A stretch of DNA of 64,000 nt from an uncultured delta proteobacterium. Lineage in GTDB: Bacteria > Desulfobacterota > RBG-13-43-22. A model generated the notes under the pieces. The model did not search any database, was not told the DNA's origin, and worked only from the letters and a program-made list of their open reading frames with translations. This document shows positions 50,450-59,928 of the stretch, in pieces. The position numbers were made by a program, and so were the translations under genes. Numbering within the stretch: the first letter of the stretch is position 1; every line of letters begins with the position of its first letter. Where the stretch lies: contig CAWBOS010000010.1 in assembly GCA_963790475.1 (NCBI GenBank), forward strand, positions 1,376,001 to 1,440,000, written 5' to 3'.

Positions 50450-51589
50450 ATGAAAGCAGAAGTAAGCGATCTCCTCTTCCAAAATCGTTTTTGGAAATCC
50501 GTCGTCAGAAAAGAGATCCCGGTTAATCAATGGCTGAGGACCAAGATCCTTGGCCTGGGCCTGATCAACTTTTATCTTTTTATCATCCTGACGATAACCG
50601 GGATCCTGTTGATGTTCTATTACACCCCGGATACGGAGAGGGCCTACCAGGGAATTAAAGACCTGGAATATGTGGTCAGCTTCGGCCTGATCTTCCGCAA
50701 TATGCACCGCTACGCCGCTTATTTGATGATTCTATCGGTCTTTCTGCACATGAGCCGTGTCTTTTATACGGCCGAATATCGGGAACCCAGGGAATTCAAT
50801 TGGGTGACCGGCCTGGTCCTCTTCCTCTGCACCATGGTTATGGCCATAACCGGTTATATTCTGCCCTGGGACCAAAAAGGTTACTGGGCCATGACCATTA
50901 CCTCCAATGTGGTTACCTCGGCCCCGGTTATTGGAGAAAAGCTGAAGTATCTGATTCTGGGTGGAAACGAAGTCGGTCAAAACGCTCTGGTCCATGCCTA
51001 CGGCATGCATGTTAAAATCATCCCCCTGGTTATCGGATTGGTCATGGGGATCCATTTCTGGCGGATTCGGAAGGATGATTTCTTGGCCTGGGCCATCTGG
51101 GGCGGACACTTGGATTTTCAAGAAGGCGCGACTCCACAAGAGACTCAAGGACCGGGGCAGGAACCTTCCCTTTGGCAGGATATCATCGTCAGGGAGCTCA
51201 GCAAATTTCTTTTGGTCCTGGCCCTGGTTATGGTGTTTTCACTCCTGTTTAATGCCCCTTTGGAGGAAGGGGCCAACCCTTCGGTAACACCCAGTCCGGT
51301 CAAAGCCCCCTGGTTTCTGGTGGGCATGCAGGAACTCTTGTCCTGGGGGGCCCCTTTCTTTTTCGGAGTCCTGGTTCCCAACCTCATGATCATTCTGATC
51401 ATCCTGATCCCCTATGTGGATCGGGGCCGTGAAGGGATCGGGGTCTGGTTTCACCCCAGCCGCCGAATTCCCAATATCATTTTCACCGCGGTGGTTACAA
51501 TTTATTTGGGCCTGGTTGTAATCGGGCAGTTTTTGCGGGGGCCGGGCTGGGTCTTTTACTGGCCGTGGCAGTCGTGGCCCGGTCATTAA
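50450..51589 (+). CDS. Cytochrome b (b6-like N-terminus fused to a subunit IV-like C-terminus)
   Basis: H-x13-H (RNMH..LH), H-x14-H, TGYILPWDQ; APWF in place of PEWY. Confidence 0.9.
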   Translation: MKAEVSDLLFQNRFWKSVVRKEIPVNQWLRTKILGLGLINFYLFIILTITGILLMFYYTPDTERAYQGIKDLEYVVSFGLIFRNMHRYAAYLMILSVFLHMSRVFYTAEYREPREFNWVTGLVLFLCTMVMAITGYILPWDQKGYWAMTITSNVVTSAPVIGEKLKYLILGGNEVGQNALVHAYGMHVKIIPLVIGLVMGIHFWRIRKDDFLAWAIWGGHLDFQEGATPQETQGPGQEPSLWQDIIVRELSKFLLVLALVMVFSLLFNAPLEEGANPSVTPSPVKAPWFLVGMQELLSWGAPFFFGVLVPNLMIILIILIPYVDRGREGIGVWFHPSRRIPNIIFTAVVTIYLGLVVIGQFLRGPGWVFYWPWQSWPGH

Positions 51590-51623
51590 ATTTTTAACGC
51601 CCTGAAAAAGGGATTCGATTGAG

Positions 51624-53591
51624 ATGAAAGACTTATTCCAGAGGATATTTCCCTTTTTAGCCCTGTTGGTCTTCCTCCTTTTTATCGGACAGCTTTGGAA
51701 AAATTACAACCCATCCTACCTGGCCTATCAAAAACAGTTTAAAACCCTCCTCATCCAAAAGACCGCCCCGAAAGGAAAAGTCCCTGATTTTAAATTCGGG
51801 GTCAGACAGCGCTGGATTGAAAAATTAAAAAAAACCGATCGCTGCGAGACCTGCCATCTCGGGCTGGAAGACCCGCGGTTTCAAAATGCCTCTCAGCCTT
51901 TTCGCTCCCATCCCGATTTGGGTGAACACGATTTCGAAAAATTCGGCTGCACGGTCTGCCACGGGGGTCAAGGATGGGCCACGCCTTTAAAGGATGCTCA
52001 CGGTCCGGTGGAGAATTGGAATCAGGCCATCTACCATCAGGTCTTCATGGAAAACGCCTGCGGTCTGTGTCACGGCGAGACCATCCAGGATCAGGCGCCG
52101 GTTTTGGCCAAAGGCCGATCCTTTTTTAACGACTACGGCTGCCGAGGCTGCCACCTGGTCAGGGGAAAAGAAAGGGTCATGGTGGGGCCGCCGCTGGATC
52201 GGATGAGCCAGCGGGTCAAACCCGATTGGCTCTATCGATGGGTCCTGAATCCTAAAAGTTATCTTCCCCGGACCAAGATGCCCAATCCCCTATTTTCTCC
52301 CCAGCAAACGGCGGACGTGGCCGCTTATCTCTTTCAAGGCGGAAACCCGAACCCACTGGAGGCCAAAGTGGGCAAATCCACCGAAGAAGGCAAAACAATT
52401 TTCAAGGATTCCCGTTGTGTCAGCTGCCATTCCGTTGAAGGGAAAGGGGGGACCCTGGCGGCTGAACTCAGCAAGATCTCCTCCAAAATGGTTCGGGAGC
52501 GACTGATTCGAATCATCAAAAATCCTCATGAGCTCTGGGCCGCTTCACAGATGCCTATTTATGGTTTTTCCGATCAAGAAGTCTTCAAGATCGTTGATTT
52601 TTTGAAGGGAGAATATATCGACCTGGACCTGGATGAAAGCCAGGCCGCCGCTCAGGCCCGGATGGTTCAGAGCGGCAATAAGCTCCGGGGAAAAGAATTA
52701 ATCGAAAAACAGGGTTGTACCGGTTGCCATACCAAGATAGAGGGCGTTAAGGATCGCGGCGAAATCGGTTTAGAGCTGACAACCATAGGGGGAATCCATA
52801 TCAGCCATCTGGATTTTGGCCGTGTCCGGGTCGCGCCCAAAGATCAGACAGTCCCCAATTGGCTGTATAATAAAATGAAAAACCCCAGGCTCTTCAAAAC
52901 GGATTTGAAGATGCCCGATTACTCTTTCAGCGACCGGGAAGCCGAGGCTGTAACCACTTATCTGTTGGGTATGAAAGGTCAGGAGGTCCCAGCCGCCTAC
53001 ACTCTTCCTTTGGGAGAAAAGCCCTCGACCTACGCCCCCCAGGGAAAATTCGGCCAGGTCCTGGACAAGTACCGGTGTTTTACCTGTCATAAAATCAATG
53101 GAAAAGGCGGGGAAATGGCGACCGACCTCTCCCAGGAAGGGAGCCGGGTCAAAAAGACCTGGCTGCAGAAATTTATGAAGGCCCCTGACACCATCCGGCC
53201 CATTTTAGTGGAACGTATGCCGCCTTTTAAAATTCAGGATTCGGAAATCGAAACCCTTTATACCTATTTTGAGGCATCCCTGGTGGATGACCGGGTTGAG
53301 AACCTGACCGGTGCGGTCAATGCAAAAATCTTAGGCGATCCGAAGATGATCCAGACCGGTAAAGACCTCTACAGTAAGAAATATGCCTGCCAGACCTGTC
53401 ATCAAATCAATCATCTGGGTGGGTTAATCGGGCCGGACCTGACCAAGGTCGGGGACAGGCTGAGGCTCGAATGGATCCTTTATTATCTACGCGATCCCAA
53501 AGCCTTTGTCAAACGGTCGGTTGAGCCGGCTTATAAGCTGACCGATAAAGAAGTCGAGGCCCTGGCAGCTTATCTGGCCTCTCCCAAGTAA
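51624..53591 (+). CDS. Membrane-anchored octahaem cytochrome c
   Basis: Eight CxxCH motifs: CETCH, CTVCH, CGLCH, CRGCH, CVSCH, CTGCH, CFTCH, CQTCH. Confidence 0.9.
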   Translation: MKDLFQRIFPFLALLVFLLFIGQLWKNYNPSYLAYQKQFKTLLIQKTAPKGKVPDFKFGVRQRWIEKLKKTDRCETCHLGLEDPRFQNASQPFRSHPDLGEHDFEKFGCTVCHGGQGWATPLKDAHGPVENWNQAIYHQVFMENACGLCHGETIQDQAPVLAKGRSFFNDYGCRGCHLVRGKERVMVGPPLDRMSQRVKPDWLYRWVLNPKSYLPRTKMPNPLFSPQQTADVAAYLFQGGNPNPLEAKVGKSTEEGKTIFKDSRCVSCHSVEGKGGTLAAELSKISSKMVRERLIRIIKNPHELWAASQMPIYGFSDQEVFKIVDFLKGEYIDLDLDESQAAAQARMVQSGNKLRGKELIEKQGCTGCHTKIEGVKDRGEIGLELTTIGGIHISHLDFGRVRVAPKDQTVPNWLYNKMKNPRLFKTDLKMPDYSFSDREAEAVTTYLLGMKGQEVPAAYTLPLGEKPSTYAPQGKFGQVLDKYRCFTCHKINGKGGEMATDLSQEGSRVKKTWLQKFMKAPDTIRPILVERMPPFKIQDSEIETLYTYFEASLVDDRVENLTGAVNAKILGDPKMIQTGKDLYSKKYACQTCHQINHLGGLIGPDLTKVGDRLRLEWILYYLRDPKAFVKRSVEPAYKLTDKEVEALAAYLASPK

Positions 53592-53630
53592 CGGTAAGAT
53601 GGATTCCGGTCCGGATGAAAATCTGAAGGA

Positions 53631-54098
53631 ATGGACATGATAAAAAACTTATCCCTCCTGATATTGGTCAGCGCTGCGATCCTTTTTATTCTGAATCCGC
53701 CGGGAGAGTGTCAAAAAACCCCGTCCCAAATTCCCAAAACCCAGGGGGGAAATCCCAAATTCTTGCTTCCCCAAAAACACAGCCAACTTACCTTTTCTGA
53801 AAAAAAAGGAAAGGCCTTATATGACTATTATTGCGTCCTTTGTCACGGAACCGGCGGAAATGGAGATGGCTTCAATTCCTATACCTTGACCACCCCGCCG
53901 GCTAAACTGGCCGACCCGAACCTGATGTCCAGGCTTTCCGATGCCCAGATTATGGCAGTTGTTAAAAAAGGAGGGGCGGTCCTCGGCCTTTCCCTCCAGA
54001 TGCCCTCTTGGGGTGACTTGTTTAAGGTTCAGGATCTTAACGCTCTGATAGCCTATGTGCGAACCCTTTCCAAACCCGGCAACCCCACCAATCCTTGA
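53631..54098 (+). CDS. Monohaem class I cytochrome c
   Basis: CVLCHG...MPSW. Confidence 0.88.
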   Translation: MDMIKNLSLLILVSAAILFILNPPGECQKTPSQIPKTQGGNPKFLLPQKHSQLTFSEKKGKALYDYYCVLCHGTGGNGDGFNSYTLTTPPAKLADPNLMSRLSDAQIMAVVKKGGAVLGLSLQMPSWGDLFKVQDLNALIAYVRTLSKPGNPTNP

Positions 54099-54134
54099 AA
54101 AAAGGAAAATCAAAAAAACGCGCATCGAATAAAA

Positions 54135-54660
54135 TCACTTAAGATAAGCGGTAAAAAGGTTGGGTCCGTTAAAGTCCCGGCCGGCGGAAAGCAGGATATG
54201 ATGGTCTTCGGTAAGATTGATGATGGCTCCCACTTGAAATCCGTTACTTTCATCCCCGCCTTCACGACTGGCGCTCCGGTGAAACACCTCGGCCCCCAAA
54301 GTAAACTGTTTAGTAATCTCTCGCTGTACCAGCCAGCCGAAAAACCACCAATCTTTATTGCCCTCTCCCGGATTGATCCAATAGCCTCCCCCGCTATAGG
54401 AGGTCCACGGCCCCCAACTCTTCTGGAACCATAAAGGCAGATAGATCTGGGTCTCCCCGCTGCCCAATCCCTTTTTCTGGTCACCGGTTAAATATTTTTC
54501 CTTCTCCATTTTATGTAAGGATCGGGTAAACAGTCCCCGGGCTCAAATGATATCCCTGATGTCTTAATTTCTGCATTAACCATAATCCATATGTCGGTCC
54601 CTTGGCAGCATGATACAGCATATGGATCCTGACGAACCCCAACTGTAATTCTTTGATCAT
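54135..54660 (-). pseudogene. Chimeric remnant: PadR-like N-terminus joined to the C-terminal part of an outer-membrane barrel
   Basis: MIKELQLGFVRIHMLYHAAKGPTYGLWLMQKLRHQGYHLSPGTVYPIL, a frameshift, HKMEKEKYL, then TGDQKKGLGSG..LPLWFQKSWG. Confidence 0.65.
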
Positions 54661-55108
54661 TCCCCCCTGTTTTCCATTTCGATAACGGATTTAGTTTACG
54701 GAACTCGATATTGGTTATTTAAAATAAATGTTTCAGGGAAAAAGTAAATACTAACTTTAATCTATTTTTTAGGACAGAAACCGGTAATTACCAGGTAACT
54801 AAGAAATCCGGGGGAAAATAAGATGGGCAGAAAAGAATGAGGAATTTTTCACGGGCGGAGGGTTTGAAGTCCAGGAATCAATGTCCCTTGTGGGACTGAA
54901 AAAAAGAATAAACGACTACTGACCTTGTCATTCGCGGTTGCCCTTCCAGAGCCGAGGTTGCTCTTTTCTTATTTGATTCTTCGTGCTGCCTATAGGGGCG
55001 GGCCTTTTCCGGGCCCGGCAACCGAACCCATCCTTGGAAACAGAAAAAGCAGAGAAACGCCCAGTAAAGACCGACCGGTTTTCCCCCTGACTTGGGGCCC
55101 CCACCCCT

Positions 55109-56023
55109 CTATCGGGTCGCTTTAAAGGACCGGCTTCGCACCGCTTCTTCCAGGCTCTTTAATATATCATCGCACTGAGCGGTAATTTTTCGCTTTCGGC
55201 CCAGAGACAATTCAAAAGATTTGATATTGGTGTTCTGTCGGGAAAGTTCAATCACCTGAGCGGTTACTTGGGAAAGTTCTCCATAAGCCGTTTTGGCTTT
55301 TTGTAAGAAAACCATTTTCCCCCGGGGGACCAGGGGTATTAACCGGGTTAAAACCGAGGAAATGATGGCTTCGTTTTGTTTTATCTCTTTTTCGATTTTG
55401 TCCATCTGGTCATCATTGGCTGCGGCAATATGCGGGGCATGGAGGTAATGGATCTGGATCCCGGCCATCATGGCCTTGGAAACTAATTGGGTTATTTGAG
55501 GATCCTCTTTGACTGACTCCTGATTTGAAATTAAGGAATAAAGAGCCTCTTCAAAATCCTTCACCGCCTCACTGCCTTTATGAAAAGAAAGATTGGCCGC
55601 CTTGATATTGGTATTTTTAACGGCAAAATCCAGAAGCACCTGGTCAATTTTACGAAACTCCGCCCAACAGCGCTCGAATTCCTGGAACAGTTTCATTTCC
55701 CGGTCCGTGGGGTCCTTTTTGATCAACAAGTCCAGTTCGAGTCGATCCTTTTCCAGGGCATCGGCCGCCCTCAGGGATTCAGCGGCATAGCCCCTTGATG
55801 ACTCGTCCGTATCGGCCATGACCGCCATCTTTTCAGCTTCGACGGATTTTAAAAGGTTTATTCGCATTCGGGCCAGGACATCCATTTTTTTAGTCATAAG
55901 GCCCATGACATCCTTGATGTCTAAATTGATATTGATAAGGTTATATTTAATCCCGATGGCCGTCACAATCGAGAGCAGAACCAGGACAACCAGGACAATC
56001 CATAGCCCCCTTGCTCTTTTCAT
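55109..56023 (-). CDS. Membrane-anchored stand-alone four-helix-bundle (MCP-type) sensor domain protein
   Basis: One N-terminal TM helix and a duplicated NTNIK helical module; no cytoplasmic output domain. Confidence 0.65.
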   Translation of the reverse strand: MKRARGLWIVLVVLVLLSIVTAIGIKYNLININLDIKDVMGLMTKKMDVLARMRINLLKSVEAEKMAVMADTDESSRGYAAESLRAADALEKDRLELDLLIKKDPTDREMKLFQEFERCWAEFRKIDQVLLDFAVKNTNIKAANLSFHKGSEAVKDFEEALYSLISNQESVKEDPQITQLVSKAMMAGIQIHYLHAPHIAAANDDQMDKIEKEIKQNEAIISSVLTRLIPLVPRGKMVFLQKAKTAYGELSQVTAQVIELSRQNTNIKSFELSLGRKRKITAQCDDILKSLEEAVRSRSFKATR

Positions 56024-56036
56024 TAATCTTCTCCCA

Positions 56037-57897
56037 TTATGTTTGTTTCGGTTCCACCTGAACCGGCTGTTTAAAATAATGGATATCAAATTCAAAGCTC
56101 GGGAAGAGCCGCGGAAGTCTCATCAGGTTAAAAACCATAACCCCGATGGACAATCGCTCCCACCAGGAAGACATGGGCCAGCCTAAATGAACCACCACCT
56201 GACGATCACCCATTTCATATTCCACCACCCGCAGTATGGCCACCAGGCGATGATAACAGGCTGATTTTGGACAAAGGAAAACGAAATTGATTGGACACTG
56301 TTTTGGGAGGCAGACCCCCCACCCGAGGAGAATAAAAAGTAATATAGGCTTCATTTCCCCTGGGCTGGACCTGGCCGGTTTCCTGGGATCTTCTAAAGTA
56401 AAGATGAATATCGGACTCCTCGGACTCGGCCAGATGGAGAATCATCTCCATTTCGTTTTCCCCCTGCTCGATCTCTTTGATCTCCGGAGACCGTTTCTTG
56501 GCCACCCAAAATCCAAGAAGGAGCATCACCCCGGTCACCGTGCCCCAGAGCATGGTCGCCTGCGGTTTGTCGATAGCCAGGAAAATAAAACAGCTGACCA
56601 GAATGACCCAGAGAATGAGGGTGCCGAGACGGCTGGTGGAATAGGTGATCCCTTCCCCCTTCCCTTGAAAATAGCGGTAGATGATAAGAGAGCCCATGTT
56701 GATGCAGAAAGAGGCCAGAAGGCCCAGGGCATACATGTTGGCCAGTTGCGCCTGACTCCCCATCGTCAGCAGAACAATAAAAGAAAAAAATACGGCACTG
56801 GACAAATGAATACGGTACAGGGATTGTCTTCGATTGGTGGCGATCAGCCAATAAAAGCCGTAGCGGTGGGCCACCCGTTCCATCAGTTCACTGGAGGCCA
56901 CAAAGGCGGTATTAACGGCCATGGTCAAAGTGAAGCTGGCCAGGGCACCGACGATCAGACCAAAAGGGACGCCATTAAGCAAGGTGGCGTAATGGGTGAT
57001 CAGGTCGCCTTCGTGGGCCTTAAAATCGATTCGGGTGGATAAGACCAGAACAGCCACCAGAGGAGTCACCACCCCCACGGTAAAGGCCAGAAACCAATAG
57101 GCCTTGCGGATTTCTTTCCAACTGCGCACAAATCCGGCCGTTTGGAGAACGGATTCGACCCCGGAGTAGGCCAGGATACAAAAGGCAATGCTGGAGATGA
57201 AATGATCGTAATTCTTTACTATCGAGCCGGTGTTCAGATGGGTTACAGCCTGACTGGTGGCCAGATGTATTTGGCTGAGAGAATCTTGGTCCAGATTTAA
57301 GATCCCGGAGGCGATCAGGTTAAGCATAACAAACGCCGCACCGATAAAGATCATAAAAGTAAACCGGGCATTTTCCCTGATCCCGGAAATATTCAAACCG
57401 GCCACGGCCCAGATGATGGCCAGCACAAGGATCAAAGCCGTTGATGGCGGAATGGGGAAAAAGGAGGTGGCATTGGAGACCGCACTGACCGCTGATATAC
57501 AGGCGGTGAGGATGTAATCGACCATGATCGAAGACACGGCCACAAAGGACATCATGGGACCCAAAACCAGATAAGAGAAGGAATAGACCCCGCCGCCTAT
57601 GAGATGTTGGTGTTCGAGGATTTCGGCAATTTCCGTGAGCCGGGTGCTGATAAAACGGATCAGCAGGCTGGTGACGGCGATAAAGAGGATGGCACTTAAA
57701 CCGATAAAACGGAAGGCTTCAGCCGGGGCATAAAAGATGGATGTAAATTCATCCATCAGGGTAATGACCCCAATGGACAAATAGGTGAGCCAGATCCGTC
57801 CCCCCTGATGATAGGAGAGGAGATTGCGCTGCCGAAACAGATAAACAAAGAAGACAACCAGACCGATGTTAAGCAGGGCAAGAACAATAAATTTCAT
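56037..57897 (-). CDS. APC-superfamily transporter (YdaO/KimA-like); +1 frameshift near 56257
   Basis: TSIFYAP, GGGVY, VDYILTACISAVSA, LAYSGVES. The C-terminus continues in the 56037..56354 frame. Confidence 0.78.
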
Positions 57898-57910
57898 CGA
57901 TACACCCTTT

Positions 57911-58041
57911 CCGGACTGCGAGGTTAGCTGACGGGCTCGGGCAGGATGTAACTGTCTCCCTACCGTAAGAACGGATTCGCCCCGATAGATCGGGTCCCCC
58001 GCTTCTCCGAGTTGGCCCCAGAGAATTCGCCGGTCGTCCGG
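57911..58041 (-). ncRNA. c-di-AMP (ydaO-yuaA) riboswitch
   Basis: Minus strand GGCGAATTC...CGGGGGACCC...GGGGCGAATCC...GGTAGGG...CCCGAGCCCGTCAGCTAACCTCG, closed by CCGGAC/GTCCGG next to the SD. Confidence 0.88.
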
Positions 58042-58198
58042 CCTGTACCCGGATAACGGAGGGTAATGTAAACCATTTAAAAGAGATGTCAACGAAAAAA
58101 CAGCCTCCCAGGGGAATGCCTCCGAAAATGCCCTCCACTTTGGAATATTTGCACTATCGGTTGACTTGTGTTAGGATCGATCCTAAGTTATTTCAAAA

Positions 58199-58364
58199 TG
58201 ATGGACTCGTAAAGAGTCCATCAACAGACCCCGCCAAAGGCGGGGTTAAGTCCCGGCACTTGAATTCACTTCAAGTGCCGGGAGAGTCCCGCCATTTGGC
58301 GATAACAGGGGCGGGATTACCCGCCTCGTGAAAAGTTGTTTTTTGACTTTTTGCGAGGTTATCA
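58199..58364. repeat. MITE-like repeat (TGATGGACTCGTAAA / TTTTTGCGAGGTTATCA)
   Basis: Terminal IRs and the long hairpin TCCCGGCACTTGAA/TTCAAGTGCCGGGA. Confidence 0.65.
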
Positions 58365-58397
58365 AGAATAGACCAATTCAGTTAAAAGGAATCATTC

Positions 58398-59723
58398 ATG
58401 GCATTTATTGTAGCCATTGTCGGCGCGCCCAATGTCGGCAAGTCGACCCTCTTTAACCGCCTGATTCGGAGAAAAAAGGCCATCGTGGATGATCAACCCG
58501 GGGTCACCAGGGATCGTAATTTTCAAGAAGTTATCTGGGAAGGCAAGCCCATCATCCTGGTCGATACCGGCGGCTTCGAATGGGATAAAAAAAGCGAAAT
58601 GGATACGGGCCTGAGAGAACAGATTGAAATAGCCCTGGGGGAGGCTGACCTGATCGTCTTTGTAGGAGATGGACAAAAAGGCCTGACCACGGCCGACGAG
58701 CAGGTCATCCATCGTTTACGAAAGACATCCAAACCGGTCATTTTTACGGTCAATAAAATTGATAATCCAAAAATAGGCGAAGGTCTGGCAGAATATCATC
58801 GTCTGGGGATGGATACCCCCTTACCGCTCTCCGCTCTCCACGGAAACGGGGTATCGGCCTTGATGGGCACCATCAGCGCCCATTTGCCTCCCCTGGAGGA
58901 ACCTGTCGGGGAGGAAAAACGGGTTCGTCTGACCGTTATCGGCCGGCCCAATGTCGGCAAATCCTCCCTAGTCAATTCCATTTTGGGGTTTGAACGAGTT
59001 TTGGTGAGTCCCGAACCGGGAACGACACGGGACGTCATAGACACCCCCTTTGAATATAAGGACCGAAAATATCTCCTGATCGATACCGCCGGAATCCGCC
59101 GCAAGGCCCGGATTGCTCAGCGACTGGAGAAATTTTCCGTTCTCGGGGCCATCAAGGGGATTGACCAATGTGATTTGGCCGTCATGCTTTTGGACGCCAC
59201 CCAGGGCGTAACCGACCAGGATGCCCGCATAGCCGGTCTGGCCTTTGAAAAGGGCAAAGCGGTCATTGTCGGTGTGAACAAATGGGACCTGATCCAAAAG
59301 GACCTGAAAAACAAAAAACAGTTTCTGGAAGACATCCGTTATCACCTCAAATATCTTTCCTTTGCCCCGATCCTGCCCATCTCGGCCAAAACCGGTCTGG
59401 GAAGGGAAAAGCTTTTGAATACCGTCCATGAAGTCTACCGTCAATATACCAGACGGGTGGACACCGGCCCCTTGAACCAGGCCTTGAAAACTATTTTGGC
59501 CGGACACTCCCTGCCTTTACGGGGCGGTCAGCGGGTCAAAATCTACTTTGCCACTCAGGTGGAAATAAAACCTCCTACTTTCGTTTTATTCGCCAACTAT
59601 CCGGAAAACATCCATTTTTCCTATCAGCGCTATCTGACGAATCAGCTCCGGGAACATTTCCGATTCACCCTGTGTCCGATTAAGATTATTTTTCGGAAGA
59701 GGGAAAAACAGGAACAGGGATAA
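58398..59723 (+). CDS. der: Ribosome biogenesis GTPase Der/EngA
   Basis: Two G domains (GAPNVGKS, GRPNVGKS) and a KH-like C-terminus. Confidence 0.97.
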   Translation: MAFIVAIVGAPNVGKSTLFNRLIRRKKAIVDDQPGVTRDRNFQEVIWEGKPIILVDTGGFEWDKKSEMDTGLREQIEIALGEADLIVFVGDGQKGLTTADEQVIHRLRKTSKPVIFTVNKIDNPKIGEGLAEYHRLGMDTPLPLSALHGNGVSALMGTISAHLPPLEEPVGEEKRVRLTVIGRPNVGKSSLVNSILGFERVLVSPEPGTTRDVIDTPFEYKDRKYLLIDTAGIRRKARIAQRLEKFSVLGAIKGIDQCDLAVMLLDATQGVTDQDARIAGLAFEKGKAVIVGVNKWDLIQKDLKNKKQFLEDIRYHLKYLSFAPILPISAKTGLGREKLLNTVHEVYRQYTRRVDTGPLNQALKTILAGHSLPLRGGQRVKIYFATQVEIKPPTFVLFANYPENIHFSYQRYLTNQLREHFRFTLCPIKIIFRKREKQEQG

Positions 59724-59928
59724 CAGAATCAGAAATACTTTTAACATCATGTTTTACATTAGATGATTGGTATAACTATTCTGTTTTTAGAAGATAAAAT
59801 AATATAAGTTTTTTATATCAATGAGGGACGTTATTTCATAAAAAAGATGTCGCGGGTTTGACAAAGCCCTGATTCGGATTATCATAAGATTATCATAATA
59901 AAGAAAGAAAAAACAATTAAGGATAAAC

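Noticed and set aside
57898-58092. N-terminal extension of the APC ORF
   Set aside because: It overlaps the riboswitch; the real start is more likely 57897.
59877-59899. Tandem GATTATCATAA duplication in the copA promoter region
   Set aside because: It cannot be assigned to a known operator; a simple local duplication is as likely.
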